DNA of 64,000 nt from Lama glama (Eukaryota), in contig CM052837.1 of assembly GCA_028534125.1 (NCBI GenBank), positions 2,170,001 through 2,234,000 on the forward strand, given 5' to 3'. This document shows, piece by piece, positions 39,660 through 52,809 of the stretch (position 1 is its first letter; each line of letters starts with the position of its first letter). The translations under genes and the position numbers were made by a program. Under the pieces are notes generated by a model. The model made no database searches, was not told where the DNA came from, and saw nothing but the letters and a program-made list of their open reading frames with translations.

Positions 39660-41000
39660 GAATCGTTTGGGCTTTTAGTTGAAGATGGCAGATAGAACAT
39701 ATCCCAGCATCTTTGCTCTTTCTTGTTACACTGTAACAAGGTAACAGTGAAGGGATATTTATTTTAACAAGACATAAACCTGCGAGGAAAAAAATAATAG
39801 AAGAGCTGATCAGAGCAACAAGATTTTGGAGGCTGGGAACCAGAAGAAGAGATGGTCATTTGGCTGGCAGTGAGCCAAGCTCTAGACGTGGCGGGAAAGG
39901 TGGGCCTGAATGCTGGATGACCGAGAGACTGTTTAAGAATTTAACCCCAAACTTCCTCCCTCACTTCAAGCAGATCAGTCACTGCACATCCTGCACCCTA
40001 ACGGAAATAGGAGACCTGGCATTTACAGAGCAGAAGTTCCAGAAAACAAAGGAGAGGAAATAAATCAAATAAACAGAGACAAATTCCCAGACATGTGCAT
40101 TTTCTGGCACAGTGGACAAAGTGGTGTATACCAAGGCATATCATAATGAATTTTCAGAATACTAGGCCAAAAACTGGTCCTAGAAACTGCCAGAGAGAGA
40201 AAAGCTGGGTTATATGCAAATAGTCAACACCAGAGTGACATTTTATTTCTCAACAAAAGCACTGAAAACTAGAAGACAATGGAGGAATGAACGCCTTTGA
40301 AATAAGAAAGGAAAATGATTTCAACCTGGAATTCAACACCCAGCCACATTGTTCATTTAAAGTGAGAGAAGAATAAAAATAAGTTTAACTTTCTTAAAAA
40401 ATTTACTTTCTAGGTACCCTTTTTCAAAAAGCTCCTGGAGGATGTGCTCCACCAAAACCAGGGAGGAAACCACCTGTTACACAGAATTATGTCACAGTCA
40501 GTCATCACACCAAACAGTAAAAATCTGTGTAATAAGTGGAGATTTCCAGAATGGTGGTGAAGGAGGATTCTAGAAAGGTGGTGAAAGGAGATTCCAAAAT
40601 GAAACTTTTGCAGGTCAGAAGACTCAGAAGAAATGATGCCAAAGGGACAAAAACTGATCGAATATCTGGTAATTCTGAACCCACGGAAAGGAGACTGGAA
40701 ATCTCTGCGAACAGAACATCGAAACCTAAGCAAATGAACAGCAACAACAAAAAAGACAGTTAGAAGCCACGGGGACAACAGAGTTGTGCAGGAAAGGAAG
40801 GTGAGTCATTACGTACTCGTGGCTCAGCTGTATGCAGTGGTCATCCAGTCATGATAAACGGAGCACAGACTACTGCCTAACCACACTGATGGTGTGGTTA
40901 CTCGGGGAGGACGGAGGGGTGGGTAGGGCTGAAAGACACCTTAACCCTCCTCTTCCATACCGTGAAGCCACGGAGACTACTCGACACTGAAAAGTCAAGT
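39660..41000 (+). mobile_element. Old L1ME/HAL1-like relic
   Basis: A-rich ORF1-like blocks (ctagaagacaatggag...gaaaatgatttcaacctggaattc); boundaries approximate. Confidence 0.5.
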
Positions 41001-41984
41001 AGAAGCGTGTAACTTGGAGACACTGAGCACGTATCAGAACAGCCAAGCCAGTGGAAAGCAACTGCCTCTGATGGGCAGGAAACTGGTGCTGGGGCCCGGA
41101 GGGTGGCCGCCTGTCCTAACAAGCCCTCCGGGACTGGCTGCTTCCAAAAGATCTGTGCGTACAACTGTGATAAAAATAAAAACTAAAATAAAAACAAGAA
41201 AGTATAACCCAAGTTACGCACTTAGATTTATAGCTGCACGACACAGACCTCACCCTTGGCCTAGATGTCAAATCTGCGTGGATAACGATATATTTCACCT
41301 GTTTGTAAGTAGAATAGTTTTCAATGTATGGACTGTCTCCCAATTTCAACTCCAGATTCAGAGCCTACACTTACCAAAACCAATTTTTTTCTAGAGAAGC
41401 AATGAATCGGAGGACAAGTAAGAAGGCGCCAAATCAGAGAAGAATTTTTCTCCACGCTCTAGAGGGAAAGTGAAGGCATCCTTGATTCTGCGTATCCACA
41501 GTGAACGCTGTGACTGTGACCTCGTCTTCACCTCTGTCTTACCCTTCCGTGCCCACCGCTCATCACAATAGCAAATCAGTATCTCATGTTTCCTGTACAT
41601 AAGAAGATCTGGAAGGGTTATCTCACTCAGTCAGTTCAGTAAGGTGGGCACTGTCACCCCCACTGGCCAGCAATCTGGGCTTGGCCAAGTTTGAGGTCTC
41701 GACCAAGATCGTACAACTAGCCGCGGGGTGGGGGCCGGGCTCTGAACCCAGGAAGCCTGCGTCTCACAGCCCTGGCCCTGCACGCAGTGCTACAGGGCAG
41801 GCAGGGCGGCAGGAGTGAAAGCAGACCCCCGTCTGTGAAGCCTCCCGTGGAGACTTTCTTCCCTCCATGACTTTAAGCCATCAGGCAGGCATGGAGATAC
41901 GGCAGCCAGAGGACGGAAGAGGTGGAGGCACGAGACCAGAAAGCAGCAACCACAGCTCAGTTTCAAAAATATGCTGCTGTCATA

Positions 41985-42655
41985 GCTGCACCCCAGTGTT
42001 CACAGAAGCACTGCTTACAGCAGCCAAGACATGGAAACAGCCTAAATGGCCATCGACAGATGACTGGAGAAAGAAGGTGTGGTACGTATATATACAATGG
42101 AACACTACTCAGCCATAAAAGGAATGAAATAATGCCATTTGCAGCAACATGGATGGACCTGGAGATGGTCATTCTAAGGGAAGTAAGTCAGACAGAGAAA
42201 GAAATATACCATATGATATCACTTATCTGTGGAATCTCGAAAAAGTGAGACAAATGAACTTATTTATAAAACAGAAACACTTACAGACAGAAAACAAGCT
42301 TATGGTTACCAGGGAGGAAAGGCCAAAAGAAAAAAAAAAAAAAGACACGTCTCCAAAACCAAAAAAATACCCTCTTCTTTATTCCAAGGTTGAGGGGTGG
42401 GGAGGGATAAATTGGGAGTTTGGGATTTGCAGACACACACTACTAAATATAAAATAAACAACAAGGTCCTACTGTAGAGCACAGGGAACTATATTCAGTA
42501 CCTTGGAAAAGCCGATCATGGAAAAGACTATGAAAAGGAATATACATATATGAACACACACACACACACACAAAACGGAAACATGACGCTGTACACCAGA
42601 AATTAACACAACATTGTAAACTGACTATACTTCAACTAACAAAAGCCCCCAAATC
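41985..42655 (+). mobile_element. LINE-1 3' end (ORF2 tail and 3' UTR)
   Basis: AKTWKQPKWPSTDDW / [14 protein letters not shown] motifs and the acagggaactatattc...gactatacttcaa 3' UTR. Confidence 0.92.
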
Positions 42656-45091
42656 AAAAATGCACTGCTTTAAAGGGACTCAGGGCAAAGCAAGCAAAGC
42701 AGAAAGGAGTGACCGCAGTGACCTTAGATGTGGATTTGGATGTGGATATGGTGTGGACAAATTCCAGGAGGGAGAGAGTCAGTTAAATAACTGAAAACTA
42801 CTGTATTTAGCTGGTTTAGTTTAAAAAAACAAACACCAACACAGCACATTGTTTAGTGATTGAAAGTTTCACTTTGTCCCAGACGCGAATACACACGCTG
42901 ACGCTGGGGTCTCAGCCAGTGCCTCTGCTTCTTGGTGAAGGGTCTTTTATCTCTAGAAGGAGGCCAGCAACCATCTGGCTCAGACCCTGAACACATTTAT
43001 GGGCAGAGAGGGATCCGTCAGCACCTTTGCCTCAACATGGGAGTTTCTCCGGCATCCGGGGACAGGTGTCACCCAAGCCAGAGCAGGGGAGACGCTGATG
43101 AGAAGAGCGCTTTCTGAGCACTTGGCAAAATGTCTGCAAGAGACCAGGGCCAGGGTCCTGGGAGAGAACCAGCGGTGAGTCATGCTGCTCTTGGCCCCAT
43201 TAATCAACAATACGCATGCTGACAGTCGCCAGCGGCCACCGCTGGCAAACCCCTCTGTACACTAAGGCCAGAGGCTCTGATTCCTCCTGCAGCTCGAGGA
43301 TCCCCTCCCGGCTGGAATCTCATCTTGATGTTTCTTCTCTATTTCTGGAGTGCAGTTCACCCTTTTTCTATTGAATACGCAGCTTCAGTTTCCTTCTTTC
43401 TGATTTCAGAGTGGAGTAAGGCCAAAAGAAACAAAAAAGAAGACACTTACAAAACAGAAAAAAAACCCTCCTTTATTTCAATGTTGAGTGACAATCTGGA
43501 ATTTGGACGCCTTCTAGGAGGTTAACATTAATTGTTTATGATAAAACCATTGTCTGTATACGGATTCCTATTGCAAATTAGTAGACAGCTGTTTATATAC
43601 ATGGAAATATACAAGCGTAATACAATATTTCGGATGATTTTTCTTGATGGAGGATGGAATTTGACATTGCAGACACATTTTGAAAGGAACACATACCTCA
43701 GCTCATGAGCGGTTTGCCTTTTCAGAAAGCCATGGAAGCAGTCACAAGAGTTACGTGACATAAAACATAAAAACTGCTGTCGTCTGAGAAGCGTTGTTAT
43801 TTCACACAAATTTCACGGAAAAGGGATTTGAACATGGTAACATGAGTTTTATTCCAAGCTTTCGAGCTGGCACTATTCCTACAGCCAGTTCTCATCTCAG
43901 GAGAGACAGCCACGCAGTGTGGAGTAAGGGTGGGCTCTGCAGGTCCCCCCGTGGGGTGGGAAAACCCAGCGGCAGAGGGGCCGGAGCAGGGGAGGCCCTG
44001 TTCACCCACGGAGAGGGCTTGGCGCCATCGCCTGTTCATTATTCAAGTGCACTTTCCAAACACCGCAATCCTGAGAAAAGTCACTGGATACAAATGGCCC
44101 CTGCTTTCTAGACGTTCACTGCTGAGAAAGGACAGTAACGGTCAGGCCACATAAACAGACAGCCATGTGCTCTTGCAAAATACAAGTGAACCTCTGCTAT
44201 TAATCTTCACGAACAGGAACAGAAAATGAATTTGCATTTTTTTAATTTCTTTTTTTCCATGAATACCCATCGTGAGTTCTGGTTTTATGCAAGGAGAACA
44301 AATGACAAGTAAACAAACTGCTGCTGGAGACATTTAAATGAAAATGAGGCCACGCCGGGACCACGTGGGCACAGAGCCATCTCCCGAAGGCCCTTCAGCG
44401 ATCGTACTGAACAGTGGCCTCGGATGCTCTGACGGCCCGGAGCGCCCGGGATGCAGAAGTACTTTCTCAATCATCTGAAATATTGTGTGCAGGAGTTTTC
44501 ATGTTGAATGTAAGTGACTGCCCACTAGGCCTTCAAAACTCGGTCGCTCAGAGCAGTCTCGAACACACCAGAATTCATGGGGAGTCGACCCCGCCTTCGG
44601 GAAGGGGACCCCGGCTGTGCTCTGGGAGCCCTTCCCCCACTCACCCAGGCCCAGGCCCCGAGTTTTTCCCCTTTGTTTCTTGTTAATTGCAATAACTGCC
44701 CACACGTACATTACAACTTGGGGAGAGATTTCCACCACACCGAGACTTTTGGCTTCTCTTGACAACATCTGAAGGCCTGGCACCCTGGGGGAGTGCTGGT
44801 GCAGCCGTGGGGCTGTCAGCGGAGCCCTCTTCAGGTGGGACGTGTGGCTTTCAGCTTGCCACGGTCCCTCCACTCTACGGCCCCCCACTCCAAAGGCAAG
44901 AGTCAGCTCCCACGTACTCCACCCCTTCTGCTGCGGAGATCCTTAGGCCTGACCCCATCACTCATTTGCTCTCCATACCCGGGCCCTGCTGGAATAGGCA
45001 TCCGTGACCCCAGTTCTCAAAGAATTATTTTAATTAGTGTTGACAGCGCTGGACACACCAGCAGCTGTTCCTCTACTGCCCGACGCCATGC

Positions 45092-45545
45092 TCGGGGTTC
45101 TAAGCATCCTGTGCTGTGTGCCCCTTTGCACGCTGTGTGCCCCTTTTCAGAACTGTGTATTAAAAGGCATCACATAAACCACAAAGAATTATAAAGAAAC
45201 TGATTTTTCGAAAGCCAGCTATCAGAGCATTGAGAAATGGAGATACGGTGATGTCTGTTTCTTTATTAACAAGAGCCCACAAGTGTCCTCGTTACAGGAC
45301 GTTAGTCATTTATGCGTGGTAGTGAAGGGCGAGGGTCTGGCATGTCTGCACGACTGTTACAGAGCATGGAAACAGCTTAAGTTCCTGCTGGAGACAGAGT
45401 CCCAGCTAATGGTACTATGTCAGCTCCTCACGAATAATGAAATGAAATGTTAAATCTAAGTGGTCAGCAAAAGGAAGATGTATTTTTTTCTCTTCCAAGT
45501 TCACAGACCCCTTAATCTAGTTTTTGGACATGGAAGCCCTGAGGT
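45092..45545 (+). mobile_element. Charlie4a-like hAT relic
   Basis: ggggttctaagc...ccccttttcagaa...gatgtatttttttctcttccaagttcacagacccc. Confidence 0.65.
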
Positions 45546-45859
45546 TCTACTCCATCTTAGTTCCTGGCTCTTCATTTAATCACTTGTCCCTCCACCCGAA
45601 AGGGACGGGAGGTAATGTGGCTCTTAGTCCATCCTGGCTGTGCCGATAAGAACTTGGATGGAGGCAGCTGAAGCTAATGGCAAAAACACCGTTTGTGGCT
45701 GCCTGTAGATTTTGACTGCGTGTGCTGTATCTGTTTCATGCATAACCATGGAGAGCAGCTTGGCGATATTCAGAGCTTTCCGGGAGGGACTGAAGTGGCT
45801 CGCACGCATTCTCCTGTCTCAGCCCAGTAAGTCCCACTGAAGAGACACTCTCTCCCCAG

Positions 45860-46015
45860 CTCAGTGCTGCCCCGCTGTTCACCCGACGTGCGGCCCAGGA
45901 CAGCCCGGGAGAAATGCAGCTCTCAGGCCCCACTCTAGACCAGCTGCATCGGAGCCTGCATCTCAGCCAGACCCCCGGGTGACCGAGGTGCAGGTTAGTG
46001 TGAGAAGTGCTGGTG
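45860..46015. mobile_element. MER5-family relic
   Basis: gaaatgcagctctcaggcccca...ggtga...gtgtgagaagtgctgg. Confidence 0.55.
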
Positions 46016-48328
46016 TAGACGACAGAGAATTTCGGAGTCTGAGTCACACCTGAGAACTTGAAGTATAACCAGCAAGAGACGAGTGAGGCCACCCTGGGCA
46101 TTGGGGTCTGGACAGGATGCAGTGGGCATCGGCCGTCACTTAAGATCTTGGCCAGACGGCCACCGGGTGTGGCTGAGCTGCAGGGGCAAATTAGAAGCAC
46201 TGCTTGCGTGGGGTTTCCTCCTCCATCAGCTTCTAGCACCAACCTGCATAAGATGCTGGGGAAACCACTCGTCTGCACATCCCTCTGCAGGACCACGCCA
46301 TAACATTCCTGCTCCCTGCCCGGACTTCCTACTCCGTCTACTGAAAAGACAGTCCAAAGAAATCCAGACCAAAGTACTGAATTTGTTTTTAAATCTGTGC
46401 CACTTGGGTTAGTAGCCAGATACATGTCGGAGGCAAATATTTCCTCGCTTTATCAACTATGAACCCTGAAAGGACCGGGCCAAGCTTGAGGATGGCTTCG
46501 GAGCCCTGGTCTGTGCCATAATGTCATGGGGCTAGGGTCTCCCCGCTGGCGTGGGGCTCCTCTGCATCCGAAGTGCTGATGGAAAAGGAAGTTAAGCCGT
46601 ATCACGTGAGTTCAGAAATCAGACAGCTAAGACCACGTACTTGGGTGGAAGTAAGACCCTGGCTAAAATTACACCCACTGTTACATTAGCACTTGGCATC
46701 TATGGTGTTGCCACACGATGTTTTCTATGCTGTCCGAAAACCTGCAATGGAATTGTGGTGGAGGAAGGTGTTCCGTTTCCCTCTGGTCTCTCTGAAAACT
46801 AAAATGTTGGAGGCAAAGGGATGGAAACACAGGAGAGCCAGCCACTTTTCAGTCCCCGGGCTTGGATGTGGACTGAGAAGAGCCTGTTTGATACCTGGAA
46901 GGGCTCGCGTTTCTCTGGCTTCCTGCAGTTACAGAGGAGAGGAAATGTGGATTGGGTACTGTAAGATTTCCAGCTACTGTTTGACAAAGAGTGGGGCCTG
47001 TTTACTATCAGGAGCTAATCTGAGCGACGACGGAGGATGAGTCACATGGAAGTGCGGGTGGCCACCACCCGCAGGCGCTCTGGGTTGGAAAGGAAGCACC
47101 TGTCCCCCTCAGGTGCGGACGCGGGGTCACACTCTGATCTCGGGCGGGCGGTGATATGTGCCTACTAAGAATACTGGTTGCTGTGTCTGTGTGCCTCACC
47201 CGGCCCCCGCTGATCTGCTGTCAGGCAATTCATTTTAAGCAATTCCTTGACTCGGGGTAGGGAGAGCAGGGGACGCTCAGGAGCCCATTCTGCAGCCAGG
47301 GCGGACTGAACAGAAGAACATTTCTTTAACGTGCGCTTGGAAGATAACTTCCCCCGCATTAAAGATCTTGAGAATTAAAACATGGCAACATCGAGACACA
47401 GGCTTGATCTGTGCTAAGCCACGAAGCAGAGAGCTGAGGGCACCGTGCGGCTAAGGCAGCCAGTAAGACCTACCAGCCCCATTCCTGACCAGTTTTTAGC
47501 CAAAGTCAGGGGGAGAGGCTATCTAAGTATTTACGCGATTTTTCACTCTGCACGTGACGATGTAAATGGAGAGCAGCTCGTGTCTGAGCAGCGCCCAGAC
47601 TCAGGGCGCAGAGGGCAGGAGGGACAGAAGGACACGGTGCGTGTCCCGTGTGGGCTGCTGAGCCGCGGGGCGGGCTCCGGGCGCCTGCCGGGGTGGCTGT
47701 GGGACCTCTGCTCCCTTCTCCGTGCCCCGCGCCCCCTCCGCCACTTGGAAGCCTGGGTCTCTCCCCAGCTTCCTTCCTGTGCTGTGACCGGGAACGCATC
47801 CTGTGCTCACCCCCATTTCACTCTTCCACCTAGAATGATCGTATTCACCCACACCAGCCCCTCGGCAATATGTCAGGATCCAAACAGTATGTCAGGACAC
47901 AGAGCGTCCGAGAAGATCCTAAGATTTGGGGTGAGAGGAGTGCCGTGCATGTGTGCGTTAGGAGCAAGGAGTGGGTTTGCAAATCGTCGCTTTCCCTACT
48001 TGTCTTGTTTCCAGGAAAGAAAAAGCCTCCCTGAACGATCTGGGGCCTCAGGGACCCAGCGTTAGACTGTGTCCCGGGAGGTCGCGGCCGGCGATGGAAC
48101 CCCTTCTCATGACAGCTGACACTTAAAACCTGGTTCTGATGAGCCAGGGGCTGCACCTAGCACCTTACATGCCTTTTAAATCCCAGTCTCTTACTCTGCC
48201 CATTACAGGGAAGTCAGCTGAGGCTGGGTGAGGTTACGTAACTTGCCCGAGGTTCTCAGTCTGGAAGGGATCGGCCACATGTTGAACCAGGTCTGAGGAC
48301 CTGCTGCACACACACGGTCACCCCCTTG

Positions 48329-49100
48329 CAGGGGTTACTCAACCTAGCTGATCGTCGTCTAAAAAGATGCACAGCCTAAAAGCTGAGACTTACGTTATAG
48401 CTCGAAGACATTCTGAGGACTCGAACCCGGGAGGTGACCCCTCAGATCTCTTTAAGGGACGGCTCCGGAGAGGCAGGGGAGGAGCCAGGATATACAGGAG
48501 TTTTTGCCACAAAGACCAGGTAGTCAGAACATTAGAAGATGACTGTTAATTAAAGAAAGCCAAATATCCCAAGTGAAGGAATTTAAGCACTTTTTTATGT
48601 GTGGGAAGGTGCAAAAGGTCTGGGCTCACTGAAATCATTCCTTTGATGTGCACCTGGCTCTCTAGGGCCAGCGTCCTGTTCTTTTTCACCCCGAGTTCCC
48701 TCAGAGGTGCTGAGGGTGGCTGCAGAGGCCGGGCTGCCTGCTTATGTGCGCCCGGCGTTCCCTTCGCTCGCTGTCAGGGGCGCTGGTAGAGGCTGATGAT
48801 TTGATGGCCACAGCACCCTTTGTTTACTGATAGGCCTGGCAATATTTTTCAACCACATGATCATAAGAATGGCCTGGGTCTGTTTGACAATACAGATTCC
48901 TGGGCCCACTCTGGACCTTCTGAATCAGACGCTCAACCTTGGTTGCAAATTGGAATCACCTGGAAGTTTTAGGAACTACTTATGCCTGGGTCCCACCCAC
49001 TGAGATGGTGAGTTAGCTGGGCTGGGATGTGGCTGAGCTGCTGGGGTTTTTCAAAGCTTTCCAGGTGATTCCTAACAGCCAGCAGGGGTTGAAGCCCCTT
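48329..49100. mobile_element. MER5-family hAT relics flanking the solo LTR
   Basis: caggggttactcaacc...cagattcctgggcccac...tgaatcaga and ggaatcacctgg...ccaggtgattc. Confidence 0.65.
48353..48857 (-). mobile_element. Solo LTR, ERV1-class (MER41/LTR39-like), nested in a MER5 relic
   Basis: ~505 bp with (c/t)g...ca termini and 4-bp TSD tgat (48349-48352, 48858-48861); MER5-like sequence is continuous across the insertion. Family name and strand are tentative. Confidence 0.7.
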
Positions 49101-50179
49101 TCGATGAGCCGCTAGGCTGAGGGATGTCTAGGTAATCAGAAATGAGAAACTGCCAGGCACCCCCCAGCCCCACAGACGCAGAAGGAAGCTCCATTGGTGC
49201 GTATGAGGTTTTGAGAACCAACCACAGCTGTTTCTATGCATTCCTTATGACTATTCCAGAGCCCGCGCACTAGCAGTGTTGCCATTCGTGACAGCTGATA
49301 CAGCAGATCTGCTTTAATATCTCTTTCAGATTTATAATAAAAATGTACTTTGAGAGTCACATCAGTATAAATCAAGAAGTGTGGAATTGCTGGGTTTAGC
49401 TCAAGGCTGGGGGCTGAAAACACGGGAAGGTCTGTTCACTGACGTGGCTGGTACTGGTGCTGGCCGGCACGTGGGTCTCCAGCTGGGACTTCTGGCCTAA
49501 CCTACAAACGGCCCCTCCCCGTGGCTGCGGCTTCCGCACAGTGCACCGCTCAGGGCTCCCAGTGCTAGTGTCCCAAGAAAAGAGGCGGAAGCTATTTGTT
49601 CAGCCCTTTGTGATCTGGCCTCAATGGTCTTCACTCTTACAAAGTCGCAAGACTGGTGAAGTCAAATTGTTGTCTGGAGCCTTACAATTGGATGAAAGTA
49701 TTGGCAAGAAAATTTTAATATATCTCCCTTCAAATGAAACACACTTAAAAGATAAAACGTTTAAATCAAATTTCGTAAGGGTGCATTGGGTTACGCCATG
49801 CACACTTACACGCAAATGACTTCCCATCTTGGGAGACAGAAGGGGCACACATTGAGTTCTCATACATTTCTTCCTATTTCTATTTGATTTTAAAGCGAAA
49901 GTCCACTGAAATTTGTAGGTTTTGTGCAACAACTTTCAAACATAAAATCGACCATAATGGCTAAAAAAAATCAAGCAGTGCAACTGAGTATGTGTGAAAA
50001 TAAACATCTCCTTCCCCTCCCTGTCTCGCTCACCAGAGGCAACCGTTCTAACATTTCTGCTTTTGTTATTTTAAGGGTCACAAAAACTAACGTCAACTAA
50101 TTGGCTTTCACCTCTGTATCGTGGTTTCTGTTGACCTCTTATTATGAAACAGGAGGGAAGGACACATTCTTGCCGGCAT

Positions 50180-50440
50180 GACTATAGCCACCACGGCAGG
50201 TGGTGAAATGCATGGGCCCCACGGCCGGGGTCCCTGAGCTCCAATCCCAGCCCCGGCATTCCCAGGCATATGACCTTGGGCAAGCTATTATGTCCTATCT
50301 CTGACCTCAGTTTCCCCATCTTCAAAATGGGGATGTGAATAGCATTCCCCTGCCAGGGTTATTATAAGGATCAAATGCACTGATACATATAACAGGCTTA
50401 GAACTCCGATTAAAATCTACACGAGAAGAGACAGCTGCTG
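50180..50440 (+). mobile_element. MIR
   Basis: tgaccttgggcaag...cctcagtttccccatcttcaaaatgggga core. Confidence 0.8.
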
Positions 50441-51250
50441 TTGTGGTTCCTCCTCTCCCTCCTCCTCCTCCTCCTCGTCTCCTGGAGGGTCAGCTTAGTT
50501 CTTCTAGTGGGGATCTCAGTGACTTTATCTCCATATTAAGAAAATTAAATTGCACAATTAGAAAAACTGGATAGTACGTAAGTTTCTATAATGAAAAACA
50601 ACTGTCTTGCCTCCCTACCCTGCTTCCCAGCAGTATACACTTTTAATTATTTTCATTTTTGGTTGTTTTGTGCTTGTATCTATGACGCTGAATAAAAGGA
50701 CCATAACAGCTCTTTCTGGATGCATCCGTTTCAGACATCATCTAGTGAAGCCCACTGTGAAAAGATAAGGACTTAGCTCGTTTACCATCCTATTGTGCTC
50801 TTAATATTTGAAAGTTATATTATGATTATTGGTTGCACTAGTATATCTTTGAAGGTTTCTTCCTCTGTTTCATATTCCATTTGCTCCCAGAAGTATTTCT
50901 TGATTCCATAATAGGTAGAGTAAGAGTGTTCACATCCCCACCTCCACCCACCTCTGTGACCCCCTTCCTACTTTTTAAATTTCTTTCAGGTACAACTTGA
51001 TTTTCACGTTGTCAACATTAAAAACATTTACATTCTGGTCTATCACAGTCTTGTAATTGTCTGTGTTTTATCTAAAGGTTGAGTCTAAATGTGGAAAAGC
51101 AATAAATAGCAGTTACATTATTACTATTAGTAAGTGAATACTGCACCCTCAAACAGTGTGCTCAGAATGTACTCTTTTCTTATGAGTCAGTGTCATGACC
51201 CACTTGCCATTCAAAGGACAATGCCCTTGTGTCAAGATAAAACAGTCTAT

Positions 51251-52809
51251 ACTACAGAGCTACAGTAAATAAAACAGCATGGTGTTGGCACAAAAACAGA
51301 CATACAGACCAATGGAACAGAACTGAGAGCCCAGAAATCAACCCACACACCTATGGTCAATTAGTCTTTGACAAAGGAGGCAAAAATATACAACAGAGAA
51401 AAAGTCAGTCTCTTCAGCAAGTGGTGCTGGGAAAGTTGGACTGACTCATGTAAATCAGTGAAGTCAGAACACTCCCTCACACTGTACACAAAAATAAACT
51501 CAAAATGGCTTAACGACTTGAACATAAGACAGGACACCATAAATCTCCTAGAAGAGAACATAGGCAAAACATTCTCTGATATAAATGGCAGCACTGTTTT
51601 GTTAGGTCAGTCTCCCAGAGCAATAGAAATAAGAGCAAAAATAAACAAATGGGACCTAATCAAACTTACAAGCTTTTGCACAGCAAAGGAGACCATAAAC
51701 AAAATGGAAAGACCACCAATGCGATGGGAGGAAATATTTGCAAATGATGCGACTGACAAGGGCTTAATCTCCAGAATATATAAACAGCTCATACAACTCA
51801 ATAACAACAACAACAAAACAAACAAACCACCCAGTCAAAAAATGGGCATAAGACCTAAACGGACATTTCTCCATGAAACCATATAGATGTCCAATAAACA
51901 CATGAAAAGATGCTCAATGTAGCTAATGATCATTGAAATACAAATCAAAACTACAAGGAGGTATCATCTTACACCGATCAGAATGGCCACCATTAAGGAG
52001 TCCACAAATGATAAATGCTGGAGAGGCTGTGGAGATGAGGGAGCCCTCCTACACTGCTGGTGGGGATGTAATTTAGTGCAGCCGCTGTGGAAAACAGTAT
52101 GGAGATTCCTTAAAAAACTAAAAATAGACCTACCATGTGATCCAGCAATCCCACTCCTGGGCACACATCCGAAGAAAACTCTAATTCAAAAAGACACCTG
52201 GACCCCAATGTTCACAGCAGCATTTTTTACAAGAGACAAGACATGGAAGCAGCCTAAACGTCCACTGACAGATGNNNNNNNNNNNNNNNNNNNNNNNNNN
52301 NNNNNNNNNNNNNNNNNNNNNNNNNNNNNNNNNNNNNNNNNNNNNNNNNNNNNNNNNNNNNNNNNNNNNNNNNNNNNNNNNNNNNNNNNNNNNNNNNNNN
52401 NNNNNNNNNNNNNNNNNNNNNNNNNGTGAAGTAAGTCAGACAGAGAAAGACAAATATCATACCACTTACATGTGGAATCTAAAGAAATGACACAGATAAA
52501 TTTATTTTATAAAAAGAAACAGACTCACAGACACAGAAAACAAACTTATGGTTTACCAAAGGGGCAGGAAGAGGAGGGATAAATCTGGAGTTTGGGATTA
52601 GCAAATACAAACTACTGTATATAAGGGAGATAAACAACAAGTTTACACTGTACAGCACAGGGAACTATATTCAGTATCTTGTAATAACCTAAAATGGAAA
52701 AGAATATGAAAAGAAATAAATGTGTGTGTGTGTGTGTATAAAATTAAATCACTATGCTGTACCCCTGAAACTAACACAACATTGTAAGTCAACTCTACTT
52801 CAATTAAAA
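51251..52809 (+). mobile_element. 5'-truncated LINE-1: disrupted ORF2 C-terminus plus 3' UTR
   Basis: Translates to L1 ORF2 motifs ([39 protein letters not shown]...HCWWGC knuckle) with frameshifts; exact 17-bp TSD aagataaaacagtctat at 51234-51250 and 52810-52826. Confidence 0.95.
52275..52425. other. Assembly gap (151 N) inside the L1
   Basis: Run of N. Confidence 1.

Noticed and set aside
51368-52274. L1 ORF2 fragments as functional CDS
   Set aside because: 5'-truncated and frameshifted; endonuclease and most of the RT are absent.
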